64,000 nt of DNA from Actinomycetes bacterium. GTDB lineage: Bacteria > Actinomycetota > Actinomycetes > S36-B12. The notes beneath the pieces were generated by a model. The model saw only the letters and a list, made by a program, of their open reading frames with translations. It searched no databases and was not told where the DNA came from. Position numbers and translations under genes: made by a program. Of the stretch, positions 43,923 through 57,300 are shown one piece after another (position 1 is the stretch's first letter; each line of letters begins with the position of its first letter). The stretch is from positions 4,543-68,542 of the forward strand of contig JAHEIZ010000014.1 of NCBI GenBank assembly GCA_024639145.1, in the 5' to 3' direction.

Positions 43923-46199
43923 ATGAGCATGCCACCCGATCACCTCGACACCCCCGCCCTCCTGCGGCGCCTGGGGCTGCTCCTGGGCGTCATCGTGGCA
44001 ACCGGCGTGGTGGCTGCCCTGATCGCGGTGCCGTTTGTCGGCGGCCTGGGAGTCCTCACCAAGAGCGCCGTGCAGAACTTCGAGGCCCTGCCGGCCTCCC
44101 TCGATACTCCTCCACTTCCGCAGCGCACCGTGCTCCTGGCCTCCGACGGCACCACCTTGGCCACGCTCTACTACCAAAATCGTGTCGAGGTCCCTCTGGG
44201 AGAGATTGCCCCGGTCATGCGCCAGGCGATCGTCGCGGTCGAGGACTCCCGCTATCTCCAGCATCACGGCTTCGACTTTCGCGGGGGCATGCGCGCACTC
44301 GCCTCGAATACCTCCTCCGGCGGCGTGCAGGAGGGTGCCTCCACGCTGACCATGCAGTACATCAAGAACGTGCTCGTGACCGAGGCGAGCAACGGAGCAG
44401 AACTCGAGGCAGCACGCGGGCGAAGTGCCACGCGCAAGCTGCGCGAGATCCGACTCGCCCTTGCCTTGGAGAAGCGTTACTCGAAGTCGGAGATCCTCCA
44501 GCGCTACCTGAACATCGCGTACTTCGGCTCAGGTGCTTACGGCGTCGAGGCAGCATCGCGTCGCTACTTCTCCAAGCCGGCATCTGATCTGACCCTTGCC
44601 GAGGCGGCAACACTTGCCGGCATCGTGCAGCAGCCCACCGCGTTCGATCCGCTGCGCAATCCCGAACTCTCGGCAAAACGCCGCAATGTCGTACTGCGAC
44701 GGATGGCTGATCAGGGATACATCACCTCGACGCAGGCCGAGCAGGCGTCACTCACCCCGATGTCATCAGTGCTCGCACCATCACGCGTCACTAACGGATG
44801 CACGACGTCCTACGCACCGTTCTTCTGCGACTACGTGCTGCACATGATTCGCACCGATCCCGCCTTCGGCGACACTCCCGAGGCACGCGAGGCCTTCCTC
44901 AAGCGCGGCGGGTACACGATCCGCACCACACTCGATGCACAGGCGCAGCAGGCCGCGTTCACTGCCGTGACGACGAAGATCCCGATCGAGGATGACAGCA
45001 AGCGAGCCGCGGCGATCACGATGATCCAGCCGGGTACCGGAAATATCCTCGCGATGACCCAGAACCGACTGTGGGGAACATCAGGTCCGGGCCGAACCAC
45101 GTACAACTACAACGTCGATCGGGCAGCCGGTGGCACGATCGGCATGCAGGCCGGTTCGACATTCAAGATCTTCACTCTCGCAGCGGCGCTCGAGGCAGGC
45201 ATCTCTCCCACCGAGTACATCTCGTCACCGAGCCCGAATACTTTCGAGAACTTCAAGAACTGCGACACAGGGGTTCCCTACGGCCCGATCACCGTGCGCA
45301 ACAGCACCGGTGCCGGAAGCTTCGACATGGCTCGCGCCACCGCGTACTCCATCAACACCTACTTCATGGCCATCGAGGAGCGCACCGGGCAGTGTCGGCC
45401 GGCCGATATCGCGGAGTCCATGGGCGTTCGACTCGGCTCAGGAGAACCGCTGCTTCGCGTTCCTTCCTTCACGCTCGGCACGATGGAGGTCACGCCTCTG
45501 CAGGTGGCCAACGCCTATGCCACCTTCGCGAATCACGGTTCCTACTGCACGCCTCGAGTGCTGCTCGATATTCGCGACCGTGATGGCCACGCCGTACCCG
45601 TGCCTCCCGTCAACTGCACGCAGGTGCTCACTCGAGACGTCGCGGATTCGACGACTGCACTTCTTACCGGCGTCATCGACGGCTACATCGGCGGGCGCAC
45701 CGGCCAGGCGATGTCACTTGCCGATCGTCCGGCGGCAGGAAAGACCGGCACCACGAATGAGTCGGCAGCGGTCTGGTTCGCCGGCTTCACCCCTGATATC
45801 TCGGCAGCGGTCTGGGTCGGTGATCCGCGCGGTGGCTATGGCTTCCCGATGAAGGACGTCACCATCGCCGGTCGCTACTACTCGCAGGTCTTCGGAAGCA
45901 CCCTGCCCGGACCGATCTGGAAGGAGGCCATGACCGGGGCCTCCGAGGGTCACGCCGCGAACAACTTCATCCTGGAATCGAGTGTCGGGCTCAAGCCCGC
46001 TCGCGAGACGTCGGCGAGCTACTACCGCCCTACCGCCCCGACCACCAAGCCGGTCAAGCCGGAATTCGAGTTCACGAATCCGGAGCCGGAACCCGTGGCC
46101 TCCGACGTGGCATCGGCGCCGCCGGTGACTGATCCGGCTGCCTCAGGGCAGGACCCAGCACCGGTCCAGCAGGACCCTGCGCCCGTTCCCGGGCAGTAG
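43923..46199 (+). CDS. class A penicillin-binding protein (transglycosylase/transpeptidase)
   Basis: Has an N-terminal TM, the GT51 motif AVEDSRYLQHHG, and the transpeptidase motifs STFK, SIN and KTGT. The C-terminal tail is Pro-rich. Confidence 0.93.
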   Translation: MSMPPDHLDTPALLRRLGLLLGVIVATGVVAALIAVPFVGGLGVLTKSAVQNFEALPASLDTPPLPQRTVLLASDGTTLATLYYQNRVEVPLGEIAPVMRQAIVAVEDSRYLQHHGFDFRGGMRALASNTSSGGVQEGASTLTMQYIKNVLVTEASNGAELEAARGRSATRKLREIRLALALEKRYSKSEILQRYLNIAYFGSGAYGVEAASRRYFSKPASDLTLAEAATLAGIVQQPTAFDPLRNPELSAKRRNVVLRRMADQGYITSTQAEQASLTPMSSVLAPSRVTNGCTTSYAPFFCDYVLHMIRTDPAFGDTPEAREAFLKRGGYTIRTTLDAQAQQAAFTAVTTKIPIEDDSKRAAAITMIQPGTGNILAMTQNRLWGTSGPGRTTYNYNVDRAAGGTIGMQAGSTFKIFTLAAALEAGISPTEYISSPSPNTFENFKNCDTGVPYGPITVRNSTGAGSFDMARATAYSINTYFMAIEERTGQCRPADIAESMGVRLGSGEPLLRVPSFTLGTMEVTPLQVANAYATFANHGSYCTPRVLLDIRDRDGHAVPVPPVNCTQVLTRDVADSTTALLTGVIDGYIGGRTGQAMSLADRPAAGKTGTTNESAAVWFAGFTPDISAAVWVGDPRGGYGFPMKDVTIAGRYYSQVFGSTLPGPIWKEAMTGASEGHAANNFILESSVGLKPARETSASYYRPTAPTTKPVKPEFEFTNPEPEPVASDVASAPPVTDPAASGQDPAPVQQDPAPVPGQ

Positions 46200-46202
46200 T
46201 CG

Positions 46203-46655
46203 CTACTGGCCGAGAGCGGCGCGCACGATGGCAGCGACCTGACCGCCATCGGCCTTGCCCTTGACCTGCGGCTGCACGATCTTCATGACGGCGCCCAGAT
46301 TCTGCGGACCCACGCCCACCTCGGCCACAGCCGCATCGACGATTGCGCGAATCTCTGACTCGGTCATCTGCTGGGGAAGATAGACGGTGAGCACGCCGAG
46401 CTCCGCGCGCTCACGTTCGGCGCGATCGGGGTGACCGGCGGAGTCGAACGCCTCGGCAGCTTCACGGCGCTTCTTTGCCTCGCGGCCAAGAACCGTGATC
46501 ACTTCGTCATCGCTGAGCTCTCGCGCAGACTTTCCCGAGACCTCTTCGTTCGTGATGGCCGTGAGGGCCATGCGTAAGGTCGCCGCGGTCAACTCGTCAC
46601 GCGCCTTCATGGCCGTCGTGAGATTCGCCTGCAGGGTCGCCTTAAGTGAGCTCAT
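46203..46655 (-). CDS. GatB/YqeY-domain protein
   Basis: MSSLKATLQANLTTAMKARD... is a typical YqeY sequence. I place the start at ATG 46655. Confidence 0.85.
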   Translation of the reverse strand: MSSLKATLQANLTTAMKARDELTAATLRMALTAITNEEVSGKSARELSDDEVITVLGREAKKRREAAEAFDSAGHPDRAERERAELGVLTVYLPQQMTESEIRAIVDAAVAEVGVGPQNLGAVMKIVQPQVKGKADGGQVAAIVRAALGQ

Positions 46656-46692
46656 TTTCGTATTCTCGCACCCTTCGTGCCACGATCTGACC

Positions 46693-47574
46693 ATGCGCAC
46701 TCCCGTGAAAGCCGCCCTCGGCGTACTCGCGCTGGGTGCTGCCGGGCTTGTCTACTCGGCTTGGGAGGCGCAGAACTACACGCTGCGTCGAGCGACAGTG
46801 CCTGCACTCGGCGAAAATCAACCCGAGTTGCGCATCCTGCATCTCTCGGATCTTCACCTTGTTCCCGGGCAACGCAAGAAGAAGGAGTGGGTGCGCTCAC
46901 TGCGCGAACTGCGTCCGGACGCAGTCATCGCCACCGGTGACTTCCTCTCCCACGCCGATGCAGTGCCCGAAGCGCTCGATGCACTCGACTCCGTCCTCGA
47001 CATTCCCGGCGCATTCGTGCTCGGCAGCAATGACTACTTTGCACCGCGCCCGCTGAACCCGGCGCAGTACCTGCGCGGCCCGTCACAGCTCGAGCCGAGT
47101 CGTCCGATGCTGCCGTGGCCCGATCTCGTTGCGGGGCTCACCGACGCAGGCTGGCTCGACCTCTCGAACTCACGTGGGGTTCTCGAGATCGACGGTCGCA
47201 CGATCGACCTCCGCGGCGTCGATGATCCGCACATCTCGCGAGATCGCTACGACGACGTTGCCGGAGCATTCTCTGCGGACGCTGATCTCGCTCTCGGCGT
47301 GGTGCACGCACCGTACCTGCGAGTGCTCGACGGCATGGCTGCCGACGGTGCCGACTTGATCCTGGCCGGGCACACACACGGAGGTCAGCTCGCGCTTCCC
47401 GGCCTCGGCGCGCTGGTCACCAATTGCGATCTAGATCGCAAGAGAGCAAAGGGGCTTTCCTCTCATCTTGGCTCCCACCTGCACGTCTCAGCTGGCCTGG
47501 GCACCTCGCCCTATGCCCCCGTGCGATTCGCCTGCCCGCCTGAAGCCACCCTGCTCACCGTGACCGGTCGCTGA
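46693..47574 (+). CDS. membrane-anchored metallophosphoesterase
   Basis: Has an N-terminal TM and the calcineurin-like motifs ILHLSDLHL, GDF and GHTHGGQ. The true ATG is at 46693. The track ORF start at 46495 overlaps the YqeY gene. Confidence 0.85.
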   Translation: MRTPVKAALGVLALGAAGLVYSAWEAQNYTLRRATVPALGENQPELRILHLSDLHLVPGQRKKKEWVRSLRELRPDAVIATGDFLSHADAVPEALDALDSVLDIPGAFVLGSNDYFAPRPLNPAQYLRGPSQLEPSRPMLPWPDLVAGLTDAGWLDLSNSRGVLEIDGRTIDLRGVDDPHISRDRYDDVAGAFSADADLALGVVHAPYLRVLDGMAADGADLILAGHTHGGQLALPGLGALVTNCDLDRKRAKGLSSHLGSHLHVSAGLGTSPYAPVRFACPPEATLLTVTGR

Positions 47575-47608
47575 GCACTCCCGTGACTGGGCTAGACTCA
47601 TGCAGCCT

Positions 47609-47683
<75 letters not shown>

Positions 47684-47688
47684 CTCAG

Positions 47689-47718
47689 GGTCGGGGGCCG
47701 AGAAATCGGCCCCCGACC
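47689..47718 (+). terminator. hairpin terminator after tRNA-Pro
   Basis: GGTCGGGGGCCG-AGAAAT-CGGCCCCCGACC forms a 12-bp perfect GC-rich stem followed by GCTTCTT. Confidence 0.7.
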
Positions 47719-47737
47719 GCTTCTTGGCAGGAGTCTG

Positions 47738-48529
47738 ATGAGCACACCTGATCGCCGCCCCAAGGCCGCTGACCTGGGCAAGACCACCGGAGCCTTCGTG
47801 CGCTCGGCCGGCTGGCGCTCGGTGAACCTGCATACCCACATCTCCCTGGTGAACCGCTACGTCTACTTCGAGGTACCCAAGGCCGGCTGCGGCACCATGA
47901 AAGCCACCCTCGGGGGTCTCGAGGCCGCACGCCTGAGCACTGGCGCGGTCGAGCGGGTGCAGGAACGCCCGCATGATCGCTCGCTGATGACCCCGTTCAT
48001 CAAGCCCTTTCAGCTTCCGGCTGACCAGCTCGAGGATGCCCTCACCAGCCGCAAGTTCACTCGGTTCTCCGTCGTGCGAGAGCCGGCGTCACGCCTGCTC
48101 TCGGGCTACCTGGAGAAGATCTGCCAGGGCCTGCAGCAGGCCCAGCCGATCTACGACATCCTCGTGGAGCAAGGTCACGCCCCCGATTCACCGAGTGATA
48201 TCTCCTTCGCGCAGTTCATCGATGTCGTGACCGCCTTGCCATCACGCGACCAAGACCCCCACTGGCGTCGTCAGACCGACCAGATCGGTTACGGCATCGT
48301 GAAGTTCGACGACATCATCCGGCTCAATGAGCTGGATGCATCATGGGACAAAGTGGCGAAGCTGACGCGCACACCCGATCTGCAGGATCAGTTCTTCTGC
48401 CGGAACTCCACGGGTGCTAGCTCGAAGATCACCGATTTCTACACACCGGAGCTTCTCGCCAAGGTCGTCGAGTCATACGCCGACGACTACAAGGAATTCG
48501 GCTTCGCCGTTCCGTCACTTAGCCGCTAG
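47738..48529 (+). CDS. PAPS-dependent sulfotransferase, carbohydrate-sulfotransferase-like (Sulfotransfer_2 type)
   Basis: Has a 5'-PSB-like motif (VPKAGCGTMK) and a 3'-PB-like motif (RFSVVREPASRLLSGY) with the spacing seen in this family. It is 263 aa with no signal peptide. Confidence 0.75.
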   Translation: MSTPDRRPKAADLGKTTGAFVRSAGWRSVNLHTHISLVNRYVYFEVPKAGCGTMKATLGGLEAARLSTGAVERVQERPHDRSLMTPFIKPFQLPADQLEDALTSRKFTRFSVVREPASRLLSGYLEKICQGLQQAQPIYDILVEQGHAPDSPSDISFAQFIDVVTALPSRDQDPHWRRQTDQIGYGIVKFDDIIRLNELDASWDKVAKLTRTPDLQDQFFCRNSTGASSKITDFYTPELLAKVVESYADDYKEFGFAVPSLSR

Positions 48530-48538
48530 CGGCAAGTA

Positions 48539-50868
<2,330 letters not shown>

Positions 50869-50914
50869 AAGCGTAAATTCTAATGGTCACGCTTACATCG
50901 CGAAAATCGGGCGT

Positions 50915-51265
50915 TCAGAGCACATTCCGCATTCGTGGGATAGCTGCCATGAGGGCCTCGAGCGGTGAATCCAGAGTGCGGGTCACGATCGTCGAGTTAA
51001 TCCGAAAATATTCGTGGGCCACGACGTTTCGCATCCCGATCATCGCCTCCCACGGGAGCGACGGCTCGGAGTCCCGAACTCGTGCCGGAAGATTGCGAAT
51101 GATCTCTCCAAGGATCACCAGCACATAGAGGACGGCGTCGAAGGACGTGGCGGCCAGATCGAGGTCACCGTCATTCTCGGCTTGATGCATGAGCCGCTCC
51201 GCCACTCGGATTGCGAGAATCCGAGTCTCGAGATCGTCGAGTAGTTGCTCAGGTGACCGACTCAT
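50915..51265 (-). CDS. hepT: HEPN-domain toxin (HepT/DUF86-like)
   Basis: 116 aa with the Rx4HxY motif (MRNVVAHEY). It overlaps the MNT gene stop by 4 nt. Confidence 0.85.
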   Translation of the reverse strand: MSRSPEQLLDDLETRILAIRVAERLMHQAENDGDLDLAATSFDAVLYVLVILGEIIRNLPARVRDSEPSLPWEAMIGMRNVVAHEYFRINSTIVTRTLDSPLEALMAAIPRMRNVL

Positions 51266-51768
51266 AGGGGTACCGCCTCACGCAATGCGCGCTCCGCGAC
51301 AGCTGGTCGAAGCAGCGCCACAGGAGCAATATCGACCTGGCGGCCGAGTATCTCCTCGACCTCTCGCTTGAGTTCGACGATCGGGAGCAAACCCCCGGCA
51401 AGGTCGAAATCGACCAGGAGATCAATATCGCTATCTGGCGAGTCCTCACCTCGCGCGCTGGAACCGAAGAGTCGGACGTTGGTGGCTCCGGCCACCCGGG
51501 CACGATGAATGATCTCCATCCGATGCGAGCGGACGAGCACAGCATTCGGGGATGACAAATCCGCTACGGGAGCCGATGAGGAATTCAATTCGAGCTTGTG
51601 TCCCATTGCCTGCATGACGCGTTCCAGAGTGGAGACCGCGGGTGAAGAGACACCAGATTCATATCGGGCGATTGCCGCCTGCGAGGTTCCCGCCCTCCGT
51701 GCCAACTCGGCCTGGGTAATGCCGACTTCGACTCGGGTCGCGTGGATGAGATCTGCCGCTGGAGCCAT
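51262..51768 (-). CDS. mntA: XRE-HTH fused to minimal nucleotidyltransferase antitoxin (MntA-like)
   Basis: Has an N-terminal HTH (ITQAELARRAGTSQAAIARYESG) and a C-terminal NTase motif (FGSSARGEDSPDSDIDLLVDF). Confidence 0.85.
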   Translation of the reverse strand: MAPAADLIHATRVEVGITQAELARRAGTSQAAIARYESGVSSPAVSTLERVMQAMGHKLELNSSSAPVADLSSPNAVLVRSHRMEIIHRARVAGATNVRLFGSSARGEDSPDSDIDLLVDFDLAGGLLPIVELKREVEEILGRQVDIAPVALLRPAVAERALREAVPL

Positions 51769-51776
51769 GGAACAAT

Positions 51777-51794
51777 TATACCTGTACAGGTATA
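51777..51794. promoter_or_regulatory. perfect 18-bp palindrome overlapping a TATAAT box, candidate operator/promoter of the MNT-HEPN operon
   Basis: TATACCTGTACAGGTATA. On the minus strand its 3' half runs into TATAAT (51780-51775), which ends 6 nt before the ATG at 51768. This fits a leaderless transcript. Confidence 0.55.
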
Positions 51795-51806
51795 GATGTT
51801 CATGCC

Positions 51807-52403
51807 TTATACGCGACGGCGACCCTCGAAGGCTCGACCCAGGGTGACCTCATCGGCGTATTCGAGGTCACCACCCACCGGCAGGCCGCTGGCCAGGCGT
51901 GAGACCGCCACCTCCAGCGGGCTGATCAGTCGGGCCAGGTAAGTGGCGGTGGCCTCACCTTCGAGATTGGGGTCAGTGGCCAGGATGACCTCGGTAATCG
52001 TGGCATCGGAGAGGCGACTCATGAGCTCGCGAATGCGCAGGTCATCGGGGCCGATGCCCTCGATCGGACTGATCGCCCCACCCAGTACGTGATAGCGGCC
52101 CTTGAACTCGCGCGTCTTTTCAATCGCGACGACATCCTTCGGCTCCTCGACAACGCACAGGATCGTGAGATCACGGCGCGGGTCGCGGCAGATGCGGCAC
52201 TGCTCCTCTTCGGCGACGTTGCCGCAGATCGTGCAGAAGCGCACTTTCTCCTTCACCTCGCGCAGCGCATCAACGAGGCGCTGCACGTCGATCGGATCAG
52301 CAGCGAGAATGTGAAAGGCGATGCGTTGCGCGCTCTTGGGCCCGACACCGGGCAGCCGGCCGAGCTCATCGATCAGGTCTTGGACTACGCCCTCGTACAT
52401 CAT
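51807..52403 (-). CDS. recR: recombination protein RecR
   Basis: Has a C4 zinc finger ([16 protein letters not shown]) and a Toprim domain. Its ATG shares 1 nt with the dnaX stop (TGATG). Confidence 0.95.
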   Translation of the reverse strand: MMYEGVVQDLIDELGRLPGVGPKSAQRIAFHILAADPIDVQRLVDALREVKEKVRFCTICGNVAEEEQCRICRDPRRDLTILCVVEEPKDVVAIEKTREFKGRYHVLGGAISPIEGIGPDDLRIRELMSRLSDATITEVILATDPNLEGEATATYLARLISPLEVAVSRLASGLPVGGDLEYADEVTLGRAFEGRRRV

Positions 52404-54304
52404 CAGTGCTCGATCTCGCCGATCTGCGTGCCGCCGAGTTCGCGCATGATCAGGTCAACACCGGAGGTGTCGTCGAGATCCTCGTCATCAATGCTGGGTG
52501 CATCGGGCTCCACGACGACACTGACGGTCTGGGCCGGTGAGTTGGACGAGTCATCGGAGGGATCAACCGGCGCGGCATTCACCAGGCGCGCGGTCGCATT
52601 CGGCGCAAGCACGATGTCGATACGCACATCGGTACGGAAGACATCGAGAACTGCCTGGCGCAGCCGCTCATCGTGACCGCTGGCCTTGGCGTTCGCCGCC
52701 TTGCTCGCATTCTCGACGCCGACAGCCAGCACGCCGTTCTCGAGCGAGAGCGGTGCAGAATCGCTGAACACCATCCAGGCGACGCGCGAGTATGACTTGG
52801 TCGCATCGAGAATGGCCGGCCACATCGAGACAAGTTGCGCGAGCGAGGCGTTTTGGTTCGTGGGCGCCACGATCGGCTCGGCAGCTGCGGCTTCGACCTC
52901 GACTGCAGCGGCCTTCTCGGCAGGCTTCATCGGCGGGCGCGACGCCGCGGACTCCTTCTTGGTCGACGGCGCGACATCACTGAGCCTTGGCGGGCGTGAC
53001 GGCGCTGCTTCCGCAGGCGCTGCAGCTGCAACCGCTGGTGCGACCGGCGGAACGGGAATCGCAGGTGCTACCGGAGGGGGCATCGCAGCCGCGGGTGCAC
53101 TGATGGGCGCATCGCCGGGATGGGCCGCCTGGTGGAACTCTCCGGAGGAAATGCGACGCTCGAGCTGATCGAGTCGTGCGCGCGTGCCGCGCTCATCGGT
53201 ATCGGTAGCCGGAAGCAGAAGCTTCGCTGCCATGAGCTCAAGGTGCAGCCGCGGCGCAGTGGCACCCTTGAGTCCGCTGAGGCCCTCGCTCACGACATCG
53301 GAGGCACGGGCAAGCTCGGAGGCGCCGAACTGCGCCGACTGCTCGACCTGGCGGGCGATCTCGTCCTCGGGCGCATCGATGAGTCCGAGCTGTGCGGCAC
53401 CGCTGACGTGCTGCAGCACGATCAGGTTGCGCATGCGTTCGAGAAGATCGGTGACGAAGCGACGCGGATCATGGCCGGCATCCATCACCTGGTCGATCAC
53501 GGTGAACAGTGCGGCGCCGTCATGCGCTGCCAATGCGTCAACAGTGGCATCAAGCAGCGTCGAGTCGGTCATGCCGAGCTGCGCCACTGCGGTCGCATAG
53601 GTCACGCCATCGGGGCCGGAGCCGGAGATGACCTGGCTCAGGATCGACAGACTGTCTCGCACGCTCCCTGCACCGGCACGTGCGATAAGCGCGAGGGCAT
53701 TCGCCTCGAAAGGAACGCCCTCGGCTTCGCACACCGTTGCGAGATGCTGCTGCAGGACTCGCGCTGACACGAGTCGGAAAGTGTAATTGTGTGTGCGCGA
53801 GCGAATGGTCGGCAGGACCTTGTCGGCCTCCGTGGTCGCGAAGATGAAGCGCACGTGCTCGGGCGGCTCCTCGACCAGCTTCAACAGGGCGTTGAACCCT
53901 GCCGTGGTGACCATGTGGGCCTCGTCGATGATGTAGATCTTGTATCGAGAGGACGCCGGCGCGAACATCGCGCGTTCGCGAAGATCACGGGTGTCGTCGA
54001 CACCGCCATGGCTTGCGGCATCGAGCTCGATGACATCAATGGAACCCGCACCATTGGCCGCGAGATCAATGCAGCTCTGGCACTCACCGCATGGATCAGG
54101 GGTCGGGCCCTTCTCGCAGTTCAGTGAACGAGCGAGGATTCGAGCGGTCGAGGTCTTGCCACAGCCACGCGGGCCGGAGAATAGATATGCATGCGCGACG
54201 CGATCATTCTCGAGGGCGCGGCGCAGCGGGTTGGTGACGTGATCTTGGCCTACAACATCATCGAGTCGCGCGGGGCGATAGGTGCGATACAGGGCCTTGG
54301 ACAC
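52403..54304 (-). CDS. dnaX: DNA polymerase III subunits gamma/tau
   Basis: Has Walker [10 protein letters not shown], the Zn module CGECQSC, DEAHM, and SRT sensor. The central linker is Pro/Ala-rich. The start is GTG at 54304. Confidence 0.95.
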   Translation of the reverse strand: MSKALYRTYRPARLDDVVGQDHVTNPLRRALENDRVAHAYLFSGPRGCGKTSTARILARSLNCEKGPTPDPCGECQSCIDLAANGAGSIDVIELDAASHGGVDDTRDLRERAMFAPASSRYKIYIIDEAHMVTTAGFNALLKLVEEPPEHVRFIFATTEADKVLPTIRSRTHNYTFRLVSARVLQQHLATVCEAEGVPFEANALALIARAGAGSVRDSLSILSQVISGSGPDGVTYATAVAQLGMTDSTLLDATVDALAAHDGAALFTVIDQVMDAGHDPRRFVTDLLERMRNLIVLQHVSGAAQLGLIDAPEDEIARQVEQSAQFGASELARASDVVSEGLSGLKGATAPRLHLELMAAKLLLPATDTDERGTRARLDQLERRISSGEFHQAAHPGDAPISAPAAAMPPPVAPAIPVPPVAPAVAAAAPAEAAPSRPPRLSDVAPSTKKESAASRPPMKPAEKAAAVEVEAAAAEPIVAPTNQNASLAQLVSMWPAILDATKSYSRVAWMVFSDSAPLSLENGVLAVGVENASKAANAKASGHDERLRQAVLDVFRTDVRIDIVLAPNATARLVNAAPVDPSDDSSNSPAQTVSVVVEPDAPSIDDEDLDDTSGVDLIMRELGGTQIGEIEH

Positions 54305-54360
54305 CCCGCAACCCTATGCGTCACGGCGGACATCAGTCACCCGGTCGGCGGGAGCTCCCG

Positions 54361-57300
54361 TCAGGGGACCAGGGACCTCGGAATAGGCAGGGCGCTTGTT
54401 CGAACTTCCACCCGTCGGTCCCCCGCGCTGCCCGAGCCGTTCAATGAACCCGCCCCCCAGTATCTGGTCCACACGCGCACCCCCTGCTCGACCAGGTAGG
54501 TCGCCGCAGCCCGGGCCCGGCGAGTCGAGAGAGTGGCAAGTTCGCTGGCGGGACCGGCTCCCCTGCGGGCGAATCCGGTGACGAAGACGCGCTCATTCGC
54601 CACGCGGGCGACCTGCGCGATTGCCCGCAGGCGGGCCCTGTCACGGGCGTCGAGGACGGCCGAACCGCCATTGAAGTAGATCGGCCTTCCCAGCACGGTT
54701 CCGAACAAAGTGGGCTGTCCCGAGCTCGTCCGCGCCGTGATGGTTGTCGCCCGCACCAGGGGGCTCTGTCGCAGTGCCCCGTCGGATACTCCGACCTCGT
54801 TGACGTTGTAGACGTTGACCAAGTACCCCGACGCGACAAACGGCACGGTGACCGTGGCCTGGCTCTGGCCGGGCTCGAGGGCAATGCTGATGCGCGATAC
54901 GACGGCTCCGCGACTGTCGCGCACGACCACGACCGTGGCGAGCACCTGTGATCCAGCGGCACCTTCAGGTTGCCTGATGCGCACGGTGCTGCGCGATCCA
55001 CCGGGTATCGGAGTGACCTGCACATCGCGAGGGCGAGGCGGAAGGGTGCGGCCGCGGGTCGATGTCGCGGCACCCGGCACCTTCGTCTGGTCAGTCGATT
55101 CCGTCGAACCGTTGCTCACCTCGACACCGGCTGTGGAGGAATTCGGACGCGACGGAATTCCGGTATCACTCGTGCCGCCACTCCCCCCTCCTCCGGTTCC
55201 GCCGTTCACGACAGGGGACGTCACCGTGATCGTGACCGTCGAGGAAGCAGCCATGTAGGCGATATCAGCGGCGATGCCCCCGGTGATCACGCACGTGCCG
55301 TCCGCGACCGCCGTGACTGTCGATCCCACCACCGCGCATACGCCGAGGCCCGTGGTTCGCGTCCAGGTGATCGCACCCGTTCCGCTGGCACCCGTGACGC
55401 TCAAGGAGGTTGAAGCGCCCGGCTGAAGGCTGGTCGAGAGCGCGGTCGCCGTGATCGACTGCGGGGAGAGCGCCACCGTGAAGGTGGCCGCGGTTGATCC
55501 AGCCGAGTATCGAGTGGTCATGACACTGGTAGCCGTGACCTGGCACTGACCGGTCGCGGCATAGGTCAGTGCCCCCGTGCCCGCATTCACGCTGCAGCCG
55601 GCTCCGCTGTCCGAGGTGACCGCATAGGTCATGGAGCCATCCCCGGTCGTCGTTGCGGCAGCAGGCGCCACCGTCGCTGCCGGCATCGCCAGCGCCGTCA
55701 CAGGTGACCAACTCACCGTGGGAATAGCGCGGGAGATGGCAAGCGTGGTCGATGACGTGGCCTGCGCATAGCCCGCTGTCGATGCAGCTGTGGCAGTCAC
55801 CGAGCATGAGCCTGAGGACGCGTACGTAAGCACAGGCCGCGTCGCATCAGCGAATGCGCAACCCGTGCCGCCTGCACTCGTGACTGAGTAGCTGATCGCA
55901 CCATCACCCGACGTGGAAGCCGGCCCCAGATCTACCGAGATGCTCGCGAGACTCAACGTCGACGGCGGTGACCACGTCACGGTCTGCGCGGCCTTGGAGA
56001 TGGCGAAGGTCTTGACCGAGGTGATCACGTTGTAGTCGGTCGTGCCGGCCACGGTTGCCGTGACCTCGCATGACCCGTCTGCCGAGAATGCCAGCGTTCG
56101 GGAGAGCGCGGGCAGGGAGCACCCTGTCGATCCCGCGTTGGTGACTGCGTACGTGATCACACCATCGCTATTCGTCGATGCTGCGGAGAATGTCGTCGAG
56201 CCAGCGGGCACTTCCTGAGAGAGACTCGGATTCCAGGTCAGGGTCGGAGTCGCGCGCGAGATCGTGAAGGTCACGTCAGTGAAGCCGCTGTCGTAGTTCG
56301 TGCTCTGCGCGGCGGTGGCGCGCACGGTGCACGTACCCGAACCCGAGTAGGTCAGCACTCCGGTACTCGAATCCACCGAGCACGAAGTCGTCGTGTTACT
56401 CACCTTCGAGTACGAGATCGAAGCACCGCCGAGGGCACTTGCCGGCGTGGATGGTGTCAGCGGCGATTGCACAGTTGTCACGGCGCCAGTCGGCGACCAC
56501 GTGACCGACTGCGCCACCCTGCTCACCGTGAATGTCACGTCAGTGGTGCCCGCGAGATAGCCAGCAGTCTCAGCTGCGGTCGCACGCACAGTGCATGTGC
56601 CCGCGCCTGAGTAGGTCAGTGCGCCAGTAGAGGAATCCACTGAGCAGGATGTCGTCGTGCTGCTCACCTTCGAGTAGGTGATCGCTCCGTCTCCGTTCGA
56701 CGTAGCAGCCGAGGATGGCGTCAATGGGGAGCCGGAAGTCGTGATCGCGGTCGTTGGTGCCCACGACACTGTTTGGGCGCTCTTTGCCTGACCGATCACC
56801 GTCGCACTGGCGCTGGCATATCCGGTGCGCGAGGCAGTCACCGTCAAGGTCCGTGAGACTCCCGCAGCCAAGCCCGTGATCGTCAAGGGCAACGTGGACC
56901 CAGACGCAACTCCCACGGACACCGTCGCCGAGGAAATCGATGGGGTCCAGGTGTAGGCGGCGTCGTAGTTCGTAACGTTGACCGTGAATCCATCACTCGT
57001 GCGAACGGGGGCGCTGAACGTGGGAGCGAGTCGCCCATCGGACCACACCGCGATGTACTTGGCTGTTACTCCACCAGCCTCCTGGAAGTGTCCGCCGGCC
57101 CAGATCCTGCCCTGGGAGTCCTCGAGCATCTCATAGACGTAGGACGAGACTCCGGTGCCCACCGCAGTCGCGACTCGGGTATTGCCGTTCCATGTCGCGA
57201 TATTTCTCGTGCTGGTTCCGTTGAAGGTGCCCCAAGTTCCACCGACGTACAGGGTCCCCGTTGATGCCGACAGCAGCGAGTAGATGTCGGAGCCACCGTT

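Noticed and set aside
52403-54304. Programmed ribosomal frameshift site in dnaX (as in E. coli gamma/tau)
   Set aside because: I saw no A-rich slippery heptamer (A AAA AAG type) or following stable hairpin in the coding strand. I cannot exclude other mechanisms without computation.
54349-54360. CGGGAGCTCCCG palindrome next to the surface-protein stop as an intrinsic terminator
   Set aside because: The stem is only 4 bp with a 4-nt loop and there is no U-tract. It is unlikely to terminate, which is why co-transcription with dnaX is considered instead.
55225-56790. Periodic roughly 260-nt repeats as a CRISPR array or non-coding satellite, or as a phase-variable slippage tract
   Set aside because: The repeats lie in-frame within one long ORF and encode Ig-like modules. 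The unit length is far too long for CRISPR and there are no unique spacers. The copies differ at many synonymous positions, so recent expansion or slipped-strand variation is unlikely.
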